Source of the DNA: a virus
Length of the DNA: 61,436 bases
Strand: one strand, 5' to 3'
Virus genome (UHGV): UHGV-0213688
In this document: positions 10,847 to 20,766 of the stretch, piece by piece
Layout: each line of letters starts with the position of its first letter
Numbering within the stretch: position 1 is the stretch's first letter
The notes under the pieces: generated by a model
The model's input: only the letters and a program-made list of their open reading frames with translations
Told to the model about the DNA's origin: nothing
The model's database searches: none
Translations under genes and position numbers: made by a program

Positions 10847-11651
10847 TATCTTCTCCTTTTTCTTCTACCTTTATTTTGATTTTGCATTTGACTTTCCATG
10901 AGTTTAGCATTTTGTTCAGCTTCTGACACGCGCTTTTCAAGCCATAGCTGCCGCAGTATTTCGCATTCGTATGGTTGAAGATGTAAGCCCATTGTCACTT
11001 GATAGCTGTGCAATTCTGTATAACTAAAATCTCCTCCAGTGTAGATATCATCAAATAAAGTAGATAGATATTCGAAGCAAAGCGGTATTTCCTTTTCCCG
11101 ATATTCTTTAAGCTTAGGTGGCGTCTTACCAGACTGTTCCTCAACCTTTTGCAGTTGCGATAATAAAGAAGATCCCCCGCCGGGGACTTTACTATTTAGT
11201 TCCCATTGGAGGATCTTCTTATCAATTAACTGTCTGCGCGCTTTTAGAAAAAATTACTATCTTTAGCGGCAAATACGTTAAGGTCTTCTCGAACAGTTGG
11301 GTTCTCCGTTAAGAACTCAAACACGTTGTCAACAGTCGGTGGCTCGTCAAAAGTCCAACCTGCTACAAGGTTACACAGTGAACGGGTAAGGATGTCTTCC
11401 TTCATAGCATCTGTTACTTCCCCGTCTTTACCCTGCATAAGTGCCAACAGTTGACGTTGTGCTTTCAATTCTGCGTCACGATACTCTGTGCAGTAGCGAC
11501 TACGAATGTAGAGTTTTTCGCCAGTGTCGCCTACACCAGGAATAACCACATTCATAGGCTTAGTGTTTGCCGGATCGTTAGCCCGGCTCACAGTTTTAAA
11601 ATCACGGAAGCTTTTAGCTACTGCAACTTTGCCTTTTTTGGTGTCGGTCAT
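10846..11651 (-). CDS. tail assembly chaperone G-T fusion product via -1 programmed ribosomal frameshift
   Basis: the -1 frame stays open for about 134 codons from the slippery site at 11247-11253 down to a TAA at 10848-10846, which overlaps the tape-measure ATG; no ATG-initiated ORF fills this 400-nt gap. Confidence 0.65.
11244..11651 (-). CDS. tail assembly chaperone (G-like, zero-frame product)
   Basis: 135 aa; AAGGA RBS; lies between major tail protein and tape measure; ends AAT TTT TTC TAA. Confidence 0.65.
   Translation of the reverse strand: MTDTKKGKVAVAKSFRDFKTVSRANDPANTKPMNVVIPGVGDTGEKLYIRSRYCTEYRDAELKAQRQLLALMQGKDGEVTDAMKEDILTRSLCNLVAGWTFDEPPTVDNVFEFLTENPTVREDLNVFAAKDSNFF
11247..11253 (-). 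promoter_or_regulatory. slippery heptamer U UUU UUC (-1 frameshift site)
   Basis: mRNA reads ...AGU AAU UUU UUC UAA; X XXY YYZ pattern in zero frame immediately before the stop. Confidence 0.6.
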
Positions 11652-11660
11652 TTCTTATCC

Positions 11661-12584
11661 TTATTCTGCCGCTAAAACGCGGGTAATTTTGATGGAACTT
11701 GCGGTTGTTGGGTCCAGCAATCCGCGGTAGCCCATATTAAGCATGATATCACCTTCACCGTCAATAGGACGCGGAGCCTCAGTGAATTTCACGCGAGGGA
11801 TTTCCACTGTGTATTTCTGTTCCGGATTGGTCGGGTCAATCAGGTCAAACTTGATTGATGTCTCCACTTCATCCAGATACTTCATACGCAGTTTATTATC
11901 CAGGAAGTAAACGTTAGCTGTACCAGTTACAGCACGGCGACCAGCAGACGGTTCAATGGAGAACTTCGAGCCAACAACGAAGCGTGGGGCGATATCGTTT
12001 TCAACGGTAAGACCGATTTCCGTAATAACGCTGATCTCTTCGTTGTTTTCCAGCAAGCGACCGGAGAAACCATCCATCGGTGAAGTAGTTGTACGCTCTT
12101 TGATAGTTGCACCAGCAGGAAGCGATTCCGCAATTTCCATCGAGCGACCAACAATGCCGAACTCTACTGTGGTCATGTTTTCAGCAGACAATGCGAAAGT
12201 CATGCTATTAACTTCACAACCGCGATAGATTGTATATTTACCTGACGGCAGATCTGCGTTATAGTCTACGAAAGTAAATGACTGACGGACAATACCACCT
12301 TTAAGGACGTTGTCTTGCCATTCACCGCGCAGTGCTGCCGCAATGAGGTCGTCAAATGTACCGAAGGACATTTCGCCTGTTACCGTACCTTCAACGCTTC
12401 GAGCGCCAAGACGGAAATCTGCGGTTTCTGCGTCATCGCGCAACTCTTCAGACTCCAGCGTCGCGATGTTAATATCCAGACCGGAACTCGTCACACGAAA
12501 CGGGGTAAACTTTGCGTTCGCTGGAGTTGTGTTGCTCACATCTTCTTTGACGTAATAACACGAATAACGTGAACCTGTAGCCAT
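11661..12584 (-). CDS. major tail (tube) protein
   Basis: 307 aa; GAGAGGA RBS; immediately upstream of chaperone/tape-measure. Confidence 0.65.
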   Translation of the reverse strand: MATGSRYSCYYVKEDVSNTTPANAKFTPFRVTSSGLDINIATLESEELRDDAETADFRLGARSVEGTVTGEMSFGTFDDLIAAALRGEWQDNVLKGGIVRQSFTFVDYNADLPSGKYTIYRGCEVNSMTFALSAENMTTVEFGIVGRSMEIAESLPAGATIKERTTTSPMDGFSGRLLENNEEISVITEIGLTVENDIAPRFVVGSKFSIEPSAGRRAVTGTANVYFLDNKLRMKYLDEVETSIKFDLIDPTNPEQKYTVEIPRVKFTEAPRPIDGEGDIMLNMGYRGLLDPTTASSIKITRVLAAE

Positions 12585-12598
12585 ATTTAGATCCTCTC

Positions 12599-13048
12599 TT
12601 ACCTCGGCTCACGAGCCGACCAATAGATTGTGATAAAGTTAACGTCCCAGTTATCTTCAACCCCGCCTTTGGTAAAATCGTTCAGCGAAGTTTGCCCACC
12701 TTGCGAAAAGTCTAAACTGACAATCCGTAACGTGTGGTCATCCGGGCACGGGATACGCAAGCCCAGTTTAAACTTTTTCCGAATGGAATCCAAGATTTGA
12801 TTCTGTTTAGATGTTCCGGTGTTTAACGGACTGTACACTGTGACTTGATAGAATCCTGGAATTTCATTCAGACCGTTGTCACCTAACGTTGCCGCGTATG
12901 TGGATGCAGGTGCATTGATTGCCTTTAACCACATCTGATTCGCTTTAGGTGTAAACTTCTTGTTCTTCCACGCTATACCTATATCCGGTCCAACGGCTTC
13001 GCGTAGCATCTTATTAAATGCGTCATTGATAAAATCGTATCCCAGCAT
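12599..13048 (-). CDS. tail terminator / tail completion protein (by position)
   Basis: 149 aa, gene order between head-tail joining genes and major tail protein. Confidence 0.4.
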   Translation of the reverse strand: MLGYDFINDAFNKMLREAVGPDIGIAWKNKKFTPKANQMWLKAINAPASTYAATLGDNGLNEIPGFYQVTVYSPLNTGTSKQNQILDSIRKKFKLGLRIPCPDDHTLRIVSLDFSQGGQTSLNDFTKGGVEDNWDVNFITIYWSAREPR

Positions 13049-13455
13049 TATAGTTTTCCTTCTACAATAGCTTGGCGTATCAACATTGGAAGCTTCGCTA
13101 CGTTAATACGCACCATGCCATTTGGCGCTTGCTGCGACCAACCAAGATATTCAAGTTTCGGAGCATACGGGGTTAAGTTGCTAAAGTAGAAAGTCCAGTC
13201 TTTATCATCTGGCAACTGTCTTACGATAACCCTAGCTTCCGCTTTAGCTAATTCCCCAGTAGGATCAAGGCGGATAGTTTCCGTCGCATATGGTGCACCA
13301 ATGGATGAACGCCAACCGCCTTTTGTGCGTCCTGTCTTAACAGGGGTATCCTGAATCACGTTCTCCGTAAACTTGACAACAACCTTTTTGGCTTGCTCCC
13401 CAGTCTGGACAAGCACCTTTTGACTTGCACGCCGTATATCCGCCCCGAATCCCAT
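13048..13455 (-). CDS. neck / tail-completion protein (by position)
   Basis: 135 aa; start overlaps upstream stop. Confidence 0.4.
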   Translation of the reverse strand: MGFGADIRRASQKVLVQTGEQAKKVVVKFTENVIQDTPVKTGRTKGGWRSSIGAPYATETIRLDPTGELAKAEARVIVRQLPDDKDWTFYFSNLTPYAPKLEYLGWSQQAPNGMVRINVAKLPMLIRQAIVEGKL

Positions 13456-13835
13456 TATCGCGTCACCTTGAAAGTATAAAGAACAGAAACATTAGCAGGT
13501 CTTGTATCAACGAACTCGTTGATTGTCCATACTTCCAACTCACCGTCGGGAGACATGCGCTCAATGCGTGCAGTCATTGCTTTATCACGTGTCAGCGGCG
13601 GAGTCATTGGATAGGTTAAGACTTTCAATTCGCCAGTAGCAACAAGGCTCCCACCGATCATTTTTTCCTTCGGAGAAAGAAAAGCTCCAATAAATGGGTA
13701 GCGTTTTTCAACACTAGGATTGTCCCACTCATCTTGACCTTCTCCTTCTTCCATGACCACAAGGGTACAGTTCACGCCAGCGTCGTTGATCATTTGCTTT
13801 GAAGCTTCAACTAACTGCTCATAAGGAAAGCTCAT
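13455..13835 (-). CDS. head closure / head-tail adaptor protein (by position)
   Basis: 126 aa, tightly packed in head-tail joining set. Confidence 0.4.
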   Translation of the reverse strand: MSFPYEQLVEASKQMINDAGVNCTLVVMEEGEGQDEWDNPSVEKRYPFIGAFLSPKEKMIGGSLVATGELKVLTYPMTPPLTRDKAMTARIERMSPDGELEVWTINEFVDTRPANVSVLYTFKVTR

Positions 13836-13838
13836 AAA

Positions 13839-14345
13839 TCACCGTATTAATCTGTTACCCATTTGATAACCCAGCAAAGGTGATAAAAACGTCATTGCTT
13901 TATCGTAAGTCTTTGCTGGTCCGGATTGCGCGGTACTACCAGTTGCATATTCAATCTCAAGCCCTTCCACTTTAGTTCTTTTGACTGCATATGCTGTAGT
14001 TTTACCGTTAAGAGGACCGCCAGATGCAGAGTCCGCTGTAAGCTGGCAAACCGCGTTTATAAGCGCCTTTGGTAAAGGGCTTTGGGGTAGCTCGAACCCA
14101 TCCACAAACACCCCGTAGCGTGGCCAATTTAGCGGTTGCTGTGGGTCCATTTTATAACCCTTAAACCGTTGGCCGTATCCTTCCACAAAATCCATAGCGT
14201 CGAAGATCTTTGTCTTTAGATCTTCATCTTCACTTGGAAGTACAATACCTCGCATTGCGGCATACATGCGGACTTGTTCAATGGTCACATAACTGTTGGC
14301 GTCCGATACACCAGTACCATCTTCAACTATCAGTGGAATCTCCAT
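13839..14345 (-). CDS. head-tail connector protein (by position)
   Basis: 168 aa, first gene after capsid-associated genes. Confidence 0.4.
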   Translation of the reverse strand: MEIPLIVEDGTGVSDANSYVTIEQVRMYAAMRGIVLPSEDEDLKTKIFDAMDFVEGYGQRFKGYKMDPQQPLNWPRYGVFVDGFELPQSPLPKALINAVCQLTADSASGGPLNGKTTAYAVKRTKVEGLEIEYATGSTAQSGPAKTYDKAMTFLSPLLGYQMGNRLIR

Positions 14346-14483
14346 CTTTCTTCCTCATTGCGATGGTTGTAGGGATAAGTGGCGGGAGCTCTTCTTCAGG
14401 AACAGAAACGGCGTCTTCTTGACGCCGTTTTCTATTACGTCGGAGGAGCCACAACACATATTGTCTATGGCTCATTTCCATGA

Positions 14484-15137
14484 TTAACCTCGACGCATCA
14501 TATTACGTGCAACCATACGGGCGACCGGATCGTCAATAGGGTTCTGGAAGCGATGGTCAGAAAGCATGTCTTCCGGTTTACGTTTTTTCTGCGCTTCAAG
14601 ATACATCTGAGTTGCAGTAAGACCGGACTTAGGACGACGACTTTCTTGCTCAACGATAATCTTATCCAGATCCGCTTGAACGTCTGCAATAGCAAGCTCC
14701 AGCGCGTGCTTAGTGTGGGCAATCTCTTTAACCACATCGCTAAGCTTTTCGCTCTTCGCTTTCAGTTCTTCATCGGTTAAGCTGGAAGCGTCACCGATTT
14801 TTTCCGGCTCCAGAAGAGCACGCAGTGCTTCGCTAATCTTAACTTCAATTTGCATCGTTGCAACCGCGACTTTCTTTTGTTCTTCATGAGCTTTCTCCTG
14901 TTTAACAGCTTCATGTAAAACTGGATCAGCAGATTTAACAGGTTCCACTGGCTCTGGCTCTTCCAGCACGCGGTTATCGCGGGTAAACAGTGGAGCAGCA
15001 GTTGTAATATCGTCGCGGGTTAAAGATGGGTTAGCGGTAGCGAAACGCAAAGCATCCACTTTAGGTAGACCGTCGCTAGTCCAATGATTCGGGTTATCCG
15101 GATCAAGTTCTAACAATGCTTCAATTAATGTCTTCAT
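14484..15137 (-). CDS. hypothetical structural-module protein
   Basis: 217 aa, acidic, helical; between Ig-like protein and connector. Confidence 0.4.
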   Translation of the reverse strand: MKTLIEALLELDPDNPNHWTSDGLPKVDALRFATANPSLTRDDITTAAPLFTRDNRVLEEPEPVEPVKSADPVLHEAVKQEKAHEEQKKVAVATMQIEVKISEALRALLEPEKIGDASSLTDEELKAKSEKLSDVVKEIAHTKHALELAIADVQADLDKIIVEQESRRPKSGLTATQMYLEAQKKRKPEDMLSDHRFQNPIDDPVARMVARNMMRRG

Positions 15138-15153
15138 TGTTTAATCCTTATTT

Positions 15154-15477
15154 TTAGGTCACATTAATAACACATGTACCAGTAACACTATCCTTTGCCT
15201 TGGACGTTACTGTCAAGTTTGAAGTACCACTGCTTGCGGTTGTGGTCACGGTAATTGTACCGTCCCCGTTGTCTTTAATTGTAGCAGAGGAACCGTCAAC
15301 TGACGCACTATACGCTTTGTTTGTAGTTCCGCCTGGGACAAAGTTTATTTTAACAGTAACCGTTTTTACTTCTGAAGTTGTGGTGTCAATCTTAGCAGGA
15401 TCGAGAGTAATCGAAATTGGCTCCACCTGCAACGATTTTTCCATCAAGTCATGTCGTTCATAACGTTGATAACGCAT
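15154..15477 (-). CDS. Ig-like (Big-type) domain protein, probable capsid decoration
   Basis: 107 aa Thr/Ser/Val-rich beta-sandwich-like sequence; AGGAG RBS; separate ORF just downstream of major capsid gene. Confidence 0.5.
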   Translation of the reverse strand: MRYQRYERHDLMEKSLQVEPISITLDPAKIDTTTSEVKTVTVKINFVPGGTTNKAYSASVDGSSATIKDNGDGTITVTTTASSGTSNLTVTSKAKDSVTGTCVINVT

Positions 15478-15546
15478 GGTTGTTCTCCTAAAAAAGAGGG
15501 GACATAAATGTCCCCAAAATACTACAGCGCGGCGTTGAGTGAAGCC

Positions 15547-16608
15547 TTAGGAACCCTGATACTCACGAGTGATCAGGCGAGCAACTTTAAGCTGCTTGCG
15601 CTCAGGGAACGCACGACGCCAGGAATCTGCATGGGCCAGGTTGTTAGTAGTTGCAGCGTTAGACGGACCACCTTTAGCAGTTTGAGCAGCAGCCCAAGCA
15701 TGGCCAACAGGATGCAGAATCCATTCAACACGGTTGTGAAGAACTTCTTCACCAGCGCCTTGGTTAGCAGCTTCGTCACGAACAACCGCAGTCGGCACTT
15801 TCGGTGAACCAGCACCCATTGCAGTCGCGCCCGGGCCAAACAGCCAGCTTTCAAAGATACCAGTACGCGGATCGTGCGGCATGGAGTCGTCTTCAATAAT
15901 ACGCAGACCCTGATAATACTCAAACTGAGTTTCACCGCGAGCATCTGGAATGAAGTCGATCAGGTTCAACTGACGCATACGGTTACGAACGGTAGAGTGT
16001 ACCATAATCATGGTCAGACCGCGAGCAGCATCACCCATCGTTGCCGTTGCGTTGATGAAGTTAGACGCGGTAAAGTTGGTCTGGTTATTCGTAAAGGACT
16101 CGCCAGAAATATCGAAAGTCAAATCGTCGTTATGGGATTTCTTCGCATTGGCAAATACACCTTTCCAGGTTGCAATGTATGCAGCTTGCAGACGGCGAAC
16201 CCACCACGCAGACACGCGATTACCGATAGCGGTCATTGGGTCGTTACCAATCAAAGCAGATACCAGATCCGCAGAACCCCAGGATTTTGAACGACTCATA
16301 CGAACCTGAACTTCAGATCCGGTAGTGATGTTAGAAGGTTTGGACGGATCGCCTTTATCAACAGCGATATCTTCGTCTTCATCTTTCAGGTCGTTATAGA
16401 ACGGCTCGTTAAAAGTCAGACCTGCACCAGCAAGGTTAGCAGATAAACGCTCGTCCATTACAACCGCACCGGATTGGATCAGAGCAGAAAGTTCGGCGGT
16501 CTGCGTCTGCACATAACCAGTGAAGATCTCAGGGACAATGACATCCTTCAAACGAGTCAGGTCAGTTTCGCCACGACCAAAGGGTAGAATAATTTTAGAT
16601 TTAGACAT
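15547..16608 (-). CDS. major capsid protein
   Basis: 353 aa; follows scaffold gene; size and position typical of an HK97-fold capsid protein. Confidence 0.75.
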   Translation of the reverse strand: MSKSKIILPFGRGETDLTRLKDVIVPEIFTGYVQTQTAELSALIQSGAVVMDERLSANLAGAGLTFNEPFYNDLKDEDEDIAVDKGDPSKPSNITTGSEVQVRMSRSKSWGSADLVSALIGNDPMTAIGNRVSAWWVRRLQAAYIATWKGVFANAKKSHNDDLTFDISGESFTNNQTNFTASNFINATATMGDAARGLTMIMVHSTVRNRMRQLNLIDFIPDARGETQFEYYQGLRIIEDDSMPHDPRTGIFESWLFGPGATAMGAGSPKVPTAVVRDEAANQGAGEEVLHNRVEWILHPVGHAWAAAQTAKGGPSNAATTNNLAHADSWRRAFPERKQLKVARLITREYQGS

Positions 16609-16730
16609 ACTTGTCTCCAGGAAAAGGATTGATTTGTTTACTGTTGGTAGCCTTTCCCCGTGGAAGGCTGTTTAGGAACCCGTGTCCCTGATGTGTTGAA
16701 ACTTAACATCAGGGACGTCGGGATGTCAAC

Positions 16731-17603
16731 TTATTTCTTAGCAGGACGTACAGGCTTCAGCGGGTCTACGCCATTCTTTTCAGCTAAACGTTTAGCTAAA
16801 GATTGATTAGTTTTCCAGAGGTTCATCTGCTTAGAGATGTTCCAGCCGTCGTGACTGTATGGGTCTTCACCGTGATGGCCGCCAGCGCCCGGACCAGATG
16901 CACCGCCACCAGCAGATCCTTCAACCCAGTGCGGACGCTTCGGAAGGATTTCGTTCAGCCAGTCCGCCGGAGTCAGGTAAGGAGTTACACCAGCCCCATC
17001 TTTCGTAACCACATTGCCGTTCTCGTCGACGGTCATCTGCAACTGTGCATAAGTTACAGCGTCTTCGATAGCAGATGGACGCAATTTAGCACCAGAAGCA
17101 GCGGCAATAACTGCATCTTTAATCTTCGCTTTAGTTTCGCGAGTGCGGTAGCCTTCAATTTCCTGCTTAACCGTGTCACGCTCGGTGATAACAGTTTGCA
17201 ATTGGCGCTCAAGCGGCGCAAGACGGGCTTTAACCATCTTTTCGATGTCTTCCGGAGTACCTTTACCGTTAGCGGCAGCTTCCAGTTGAGGGATACGATC
17301 AAGGTCCGCAAGAACTTCTTCAACCGGACGCCCAAGTGCGCTAATTTGTTGCTTCACTTGACGATGATCGTTACGCTCTTTTGCTAATGCACTTTCCAGA
17401 CGACGAACGCTATCAGCAGGGGCTACACCTTTGACTTTTGCAAGAACGTATTTACCACCCTGCTCTTCGTAAAGAGCAGCAAACTCTGCCGGGATCTCTT
17501 CCGCAGATGCATATTCGTATTCCAGTTCCACATCACCTTCACCGCGAGCGCGTGGATTAATTAGAGCAAAACCAACACTAATAGCTACAGAACTCTTTTT
17601 CAT
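16731..17603 (-). CDS. capsid scaffolding protein
   Basis: 290 aa, charged helical/coiled-coil, Gly-rich C-terminus; between portal and capsid; GGAG RBS. Confidence 0.55.
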   Translation of the reverse strand: MKKSSVAISVGFALINPRARGEGDVELEYEYASAEEIPAEFAALYEEQGGKYVLAKVKGVAPADSVRRLESALAKERNDHRQVKQQISALGRPVEEVLADLDRIPQLEAAANGKGTPEDIEKMVKARLAPLERQLQTVITERDTVKQEIEGYRTRETKAKIKDAVIAAASGAKLRPSAIEDAVTYAQLQMTVDENGNVVTKDGAGVTPYLTPADWLNEILPKRPHWVEGSAGGGASGPGAGGHHGEDPYSHDGWNISKQMNLWKTNQSLAKRLAEKNGVDPLKPVRPAKK

Positions 17604-17698
17604 TTCTTATCTCCGTTGTCACCCGTGTGACGTTTTTGGGGCTGAGCCGTCCCAGCCCCGTGTTCGTTAATATAAACCAATCAACTTGCAAGTTGCAA

Positions 17699-19195
17699 CT
17701 ATTCTTTATTGGAAGCGTCGTCTTCCTTAGGATCTTTGTTTACTTGCTGCTCTGCGTTTAAATCAGCTTTAGCATCATCGGGCAGAGGCCACTTCTTAAG
17801 CTCTTCTTCAAGAATTGCCATTTCTTCTTCAAAGCTTAGTGTGGTCAAGCCCTGATCAACAAGCCAGCCATGAATAGACTGCAAGCTGATTGGAGCCTTA
17901 AGGTTGCGTGCAGTAATAATTTGAACAAAGTCCTGACCGTTAAACATGCTCTTGGTAAATTCAAGATTAGGCTTAACCACAACTTTCTCTGGATCAGCAC
18001 CCATCCATTTAGCGCAGACCTTCAGCAAGTTTTCCAAACCTGCCGCACCAGTATATGCAATTCGAATCAGGCTAGCGGTACGCGCAGCAATACGCGTTTT
18101 CATAGCTTCGCCTGATTCCTGCGTGCTCTTGGTGTTGTTTACCATCTGCCCAGCTTTAATCTGAGCTTCCTGCTTATCCGCTGCCAATGCAAGGCGTTGC
18201 TCGGACAAACCATCGCCGCTAACGCCTACATATTTAGCGTCACCCCCAAGAGCAACGTTAATCACCGCACCAGGACCAATACGTTGAGGGGCTTTATCCC
18301 CATTCTCACCCGAGCCACCAACAACAACTAACGTGTCCTGACCTTGCATATGCAGACTTTGACGGTAATCGGCGTCACTTCGGTACATGCTTAAGCAGAT
18401 GTTAGCTAGCCCCAACAATGGAGGCGCTTCCGGTGCTGGGGTAATATCTGTTGTATTAACAAACTGGAAAGGTATTTCGTCCAGCGTCTTACCTTTATAA
18501 TAAGGAGCAATCATTTGCCCTTCATCATAATTGGTATTGTTGATAAATAAATGCTGGGAGTAGACCGCCCCACCTGCAACTTCATCTGTGTCCATCGGAC
18601 CTAATTGCAGGACGCGATAACGCTTCTCTTCTTTCCAGTCAAACTGATTGACACGTACAGGCCCACTTTCATCCAGAACAACCATGTTCAAGTTAATATT
18701 GCCTAATTCATCTTTACCATCATCCCAGTTGATAATGGATAAAGCATCATAAACGCTAATATACGGTCTGTTATTTACATCCTCACCTTTTGGCAAGTCC
18801 AGCAGCAGACCCAAACGTCCATTTTTTAACTGCATTTCGTTGATGCGACGTAGCAGAGCAATAATGTCTTCACCATCCGCAGTACACAGCTCCCGCATGT
18901 ATTCCATTTCAGGGGGAAGCTGGATTGTAGGAGGCTTCTGGTGCAACAGACCTAAATTGTTTGTGACAGCACTTGAATAATCGTCAGGGAAGTTGGCACG
19001 CAGACGATAAGCGAGCCAACGTTGAAAGCCCAAATCATTAGGATTATTCATCCCATCAATAAGCATGGAAGCTAAAGGTGGCAGATATTTAACACCTTCT
19101 TCCTTAATTTTATCTTCACCCTCATAGCAGTCGTTGCACTTAACCCATGCATCCTTCCACTTGTCATATAGCGGGTGAGTTGCATCAATACCCAT
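17699..19195 (-). CDS. portal protein
   Basis: 498 aa directly downstream of terminase large subunit; GGAGGG RBS. Confidence 0.75.
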   Translation of the reverse strand: MGIDATHPLYDKWKDAWVKCNDCYEGEDKIKEEGVKYLPPLASMLIDGMNNPNDLGFQRWLAYRLRANFPDDYSSAVTNNLGLLHQKPPTIQLPPEMEYMRELCTADGEDIIALLRRINEMQLKNGRLGLLLDLPKGEDVNNRPYISVYDALSIINWDDGKDELGNINLNMVVLDESGPVRVNQFDWKEEKRYRVLQLGPMDTDEVAGGAVYSQHLFINNTNYDEGQMIAPYYKGKTLDEIPFQFVNTTDITPAPEAPPLLGLANICLSMYRSDADYRQSLHMQGQDTLVVVGGSGENGDKAPQRIGPGAVINVALGGDAKYVGVSGDGLSEQRLALAADKQEAQIKAGQMVNNTKSTQESGEAMKTRIAARTASLIRIAYTGAAGLENLLKVCAKWMGADPEKVVVKPNLEFTKSMFNGQDFVQIITARNLKAPISLQSIHGWLVDQGLTTLSFEEEMAILEEELKKWPLPDDAKADLNAEQQVNKDPKEDDASNKE

Positions 19196-19206
19196 ATACC
19201 CTCCAG

Positions 19207-20766
19207 TTAAATACCGATAGTTTTACCGACACCTGTATAAACAGCTTGATCCAGAACCATATAACGTACTTCATCGCCCATATGGTCTTCACATTCCGTA
19301 TCAACGTCGTCCTGATCTACTTCATCACGAGGAAGACTTGGAACAAGTTCAAAAAAATAATTGCAATTATCGAAAACATACATTGCTGGATTTTCACGTG
19401 GTCCCGGCAAAGGTTTACCGTTTGCATCTTCCCGCAACGCGGCTTTAAGAAACTCACGCATTTTCTGCCATCCGCGTTTACGCGACCCAGCAGATTTATC
19501 ACTTCTCTTCCAATGGATGCCGTTATACAGCTTGCCGTTGAGACGGATTTTCTTCGCCATTGTTGCAGCGGTGGAGTTATTGTTCTCCAGATCCCAAATA
19601 GAATTATCCGCAGGTCCAGGAACTACACGGTCGTGTATACCCCAGGCCAATTCCCGCTCCAGTATACCGCTTGCAATCTCTGAGTCCAGCAAATGTAGGC
19701 CTTCGTTTGTTTTACCGTTAGTGCCGTACCATTCGTTAATACGGAACAAGTCACCGCGAACAGTAGAGAATGTAGTACCATCTTCACGTACAACATCCGA
19801 ACCGTCACTAATAGCCCACCAGCCAACGGAGAATGGTTTTGAAGAACCCCAGTCGAAAGAACGTGTAATCTTCCAGCTTGATGGGATTGGGAATGGGCGT
19901 ATTTTATGAACAGTGCTACGCCACAGATCATCGAACATACCGCCGGAGGTGATATCCCAGCTACCGCCTAACCATGCAGCTCGTTTGTTCGGGTCTGTGA
20001 TGGACATAAGCTCTGCAATATATTTCGGGCTCAGGTTTTTGTTCTCGCGGTAAGATCCGAAGATATGACATTGCGTCGTAACCACATCTTCCTCTTTCTG
20101 CGTCCGCGGGTTAAACACTCGCGTAGTTTTCCTGAGTATCTTACCCATCGGTGCAGCGTCAATGAAGCGTTTCTTAACCCAGTTATGTCCCGCGCCAAAC
20201 GGGTTACTGGTAGCAAACACTTCCAGAGGAATGTCTGGTAAATATGTAACAGTACCGTCCGGATTGATAATCGGATTATCTTCTGGTAGGAATGATGAAC
20301 GGTTACAGGACATCATTGCTTCAAACAAACGCCCGTCCGGATACTTTGTTAATTCGTTCCATCCGATAAACGGGTATTCGTGACCATGATAAGACCAATA
20401 ATCCTTTTCTTTGCAAGCAACACGGAACAGCAATTCTTCCCCAGTGGGCCAAACCCATTTATAATCAGACTTGGAACTAAGGAATTTAGCACCATCTTTA
20501 AATTCAGGGAACCAACGCTGTGATTTGGTTACAAGGTCATCAAGGTTTTTATATTCACGGTCGAATATAATGCCTTTCCAGAATTTACCGTACCCTACGC
20601 CAACATTCTTACGGAAACGCATAAGCTGGCAGTCTGTTTTTCCAGGACCGCGAGTTCCGTGGTATAAGATGATATCGGCAGGGCAGGATAAAGCGAGCGT
20701 CTGTGAACCTGGATGTGGCTTCCAGACTACTCGCGGCATGTTATCAGGTTGTCGGTTTAGCTCCAT
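19207..20766 (-). CDS. terL: terminase large subunit
   Basis: 519 aa; N-terminal P-loop-like GTRGPGKT; C-terminal acidic nuclease-like region; overlaps small subunit. Confidence 0.8.
   Translation of the reverse strand: MELNRQPDNMPRVVWKPHPGSQTLALSCPADIILYHGTRGPGKTDCQLMRFRKNVGVGYGKFWKGIIFDREYKNLDDLVTKSQRWFPEFKDGAKFLSSKSDYKWVWPTGEELLFRVACKEKDYWSYHGHEYPFIGWNELTKYPDGRLFEAMMSCNRSSFLPEDNPIINPDGTVTYLPDIPLEVFATSNPFGAGHNWVKKRFIDAAPMGKILRKTTRVFNPRTQKEEDVVTTQCHIFGSYRENKNLSPKYIAELMSITDPNKRAAWLGGSWDITSGGMFDDLWRSTVHKIRPFPIPSSWKITRSFDWGSSKPFSVGWWAISDGSDVVREDGTTFSTVRGDLFRINEWYGTNGKTNEGLHLLDSEIASGILERELAWGIHDRVVPGPADNSIWDLENNNSTAATMAKKIRLNGKLYNGIHWKRSDKSAGSRKRGWQKMREFLKAALREDANGKPLPGPRENPAMYVFDNCNYFFELVPSLPRDEVDQDDVDTECEDHMGDEVRYMVLDQAVYTGVGKTIGI

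Noticed and set aside
15154-16608. Frameshift fusion of the Ig-like domain to the major capsid protein
   Set aside because: About 70 nt with in-frame stops separate the capsid stop (15547) from the Ig-like ORF, which has its own AGGAG RBS at 15477. No slippery site is seen at the capsid 3' end.
17633-17660. Hairpin GGGGCTG...CAGCCCC as a terminator
   Set aside because: The T-run lies on the wrong side for the minus-strand transcript, and on the plus strand it is followed by GTGTTCG rather than a U-tract. Reported only as a stem-loop.
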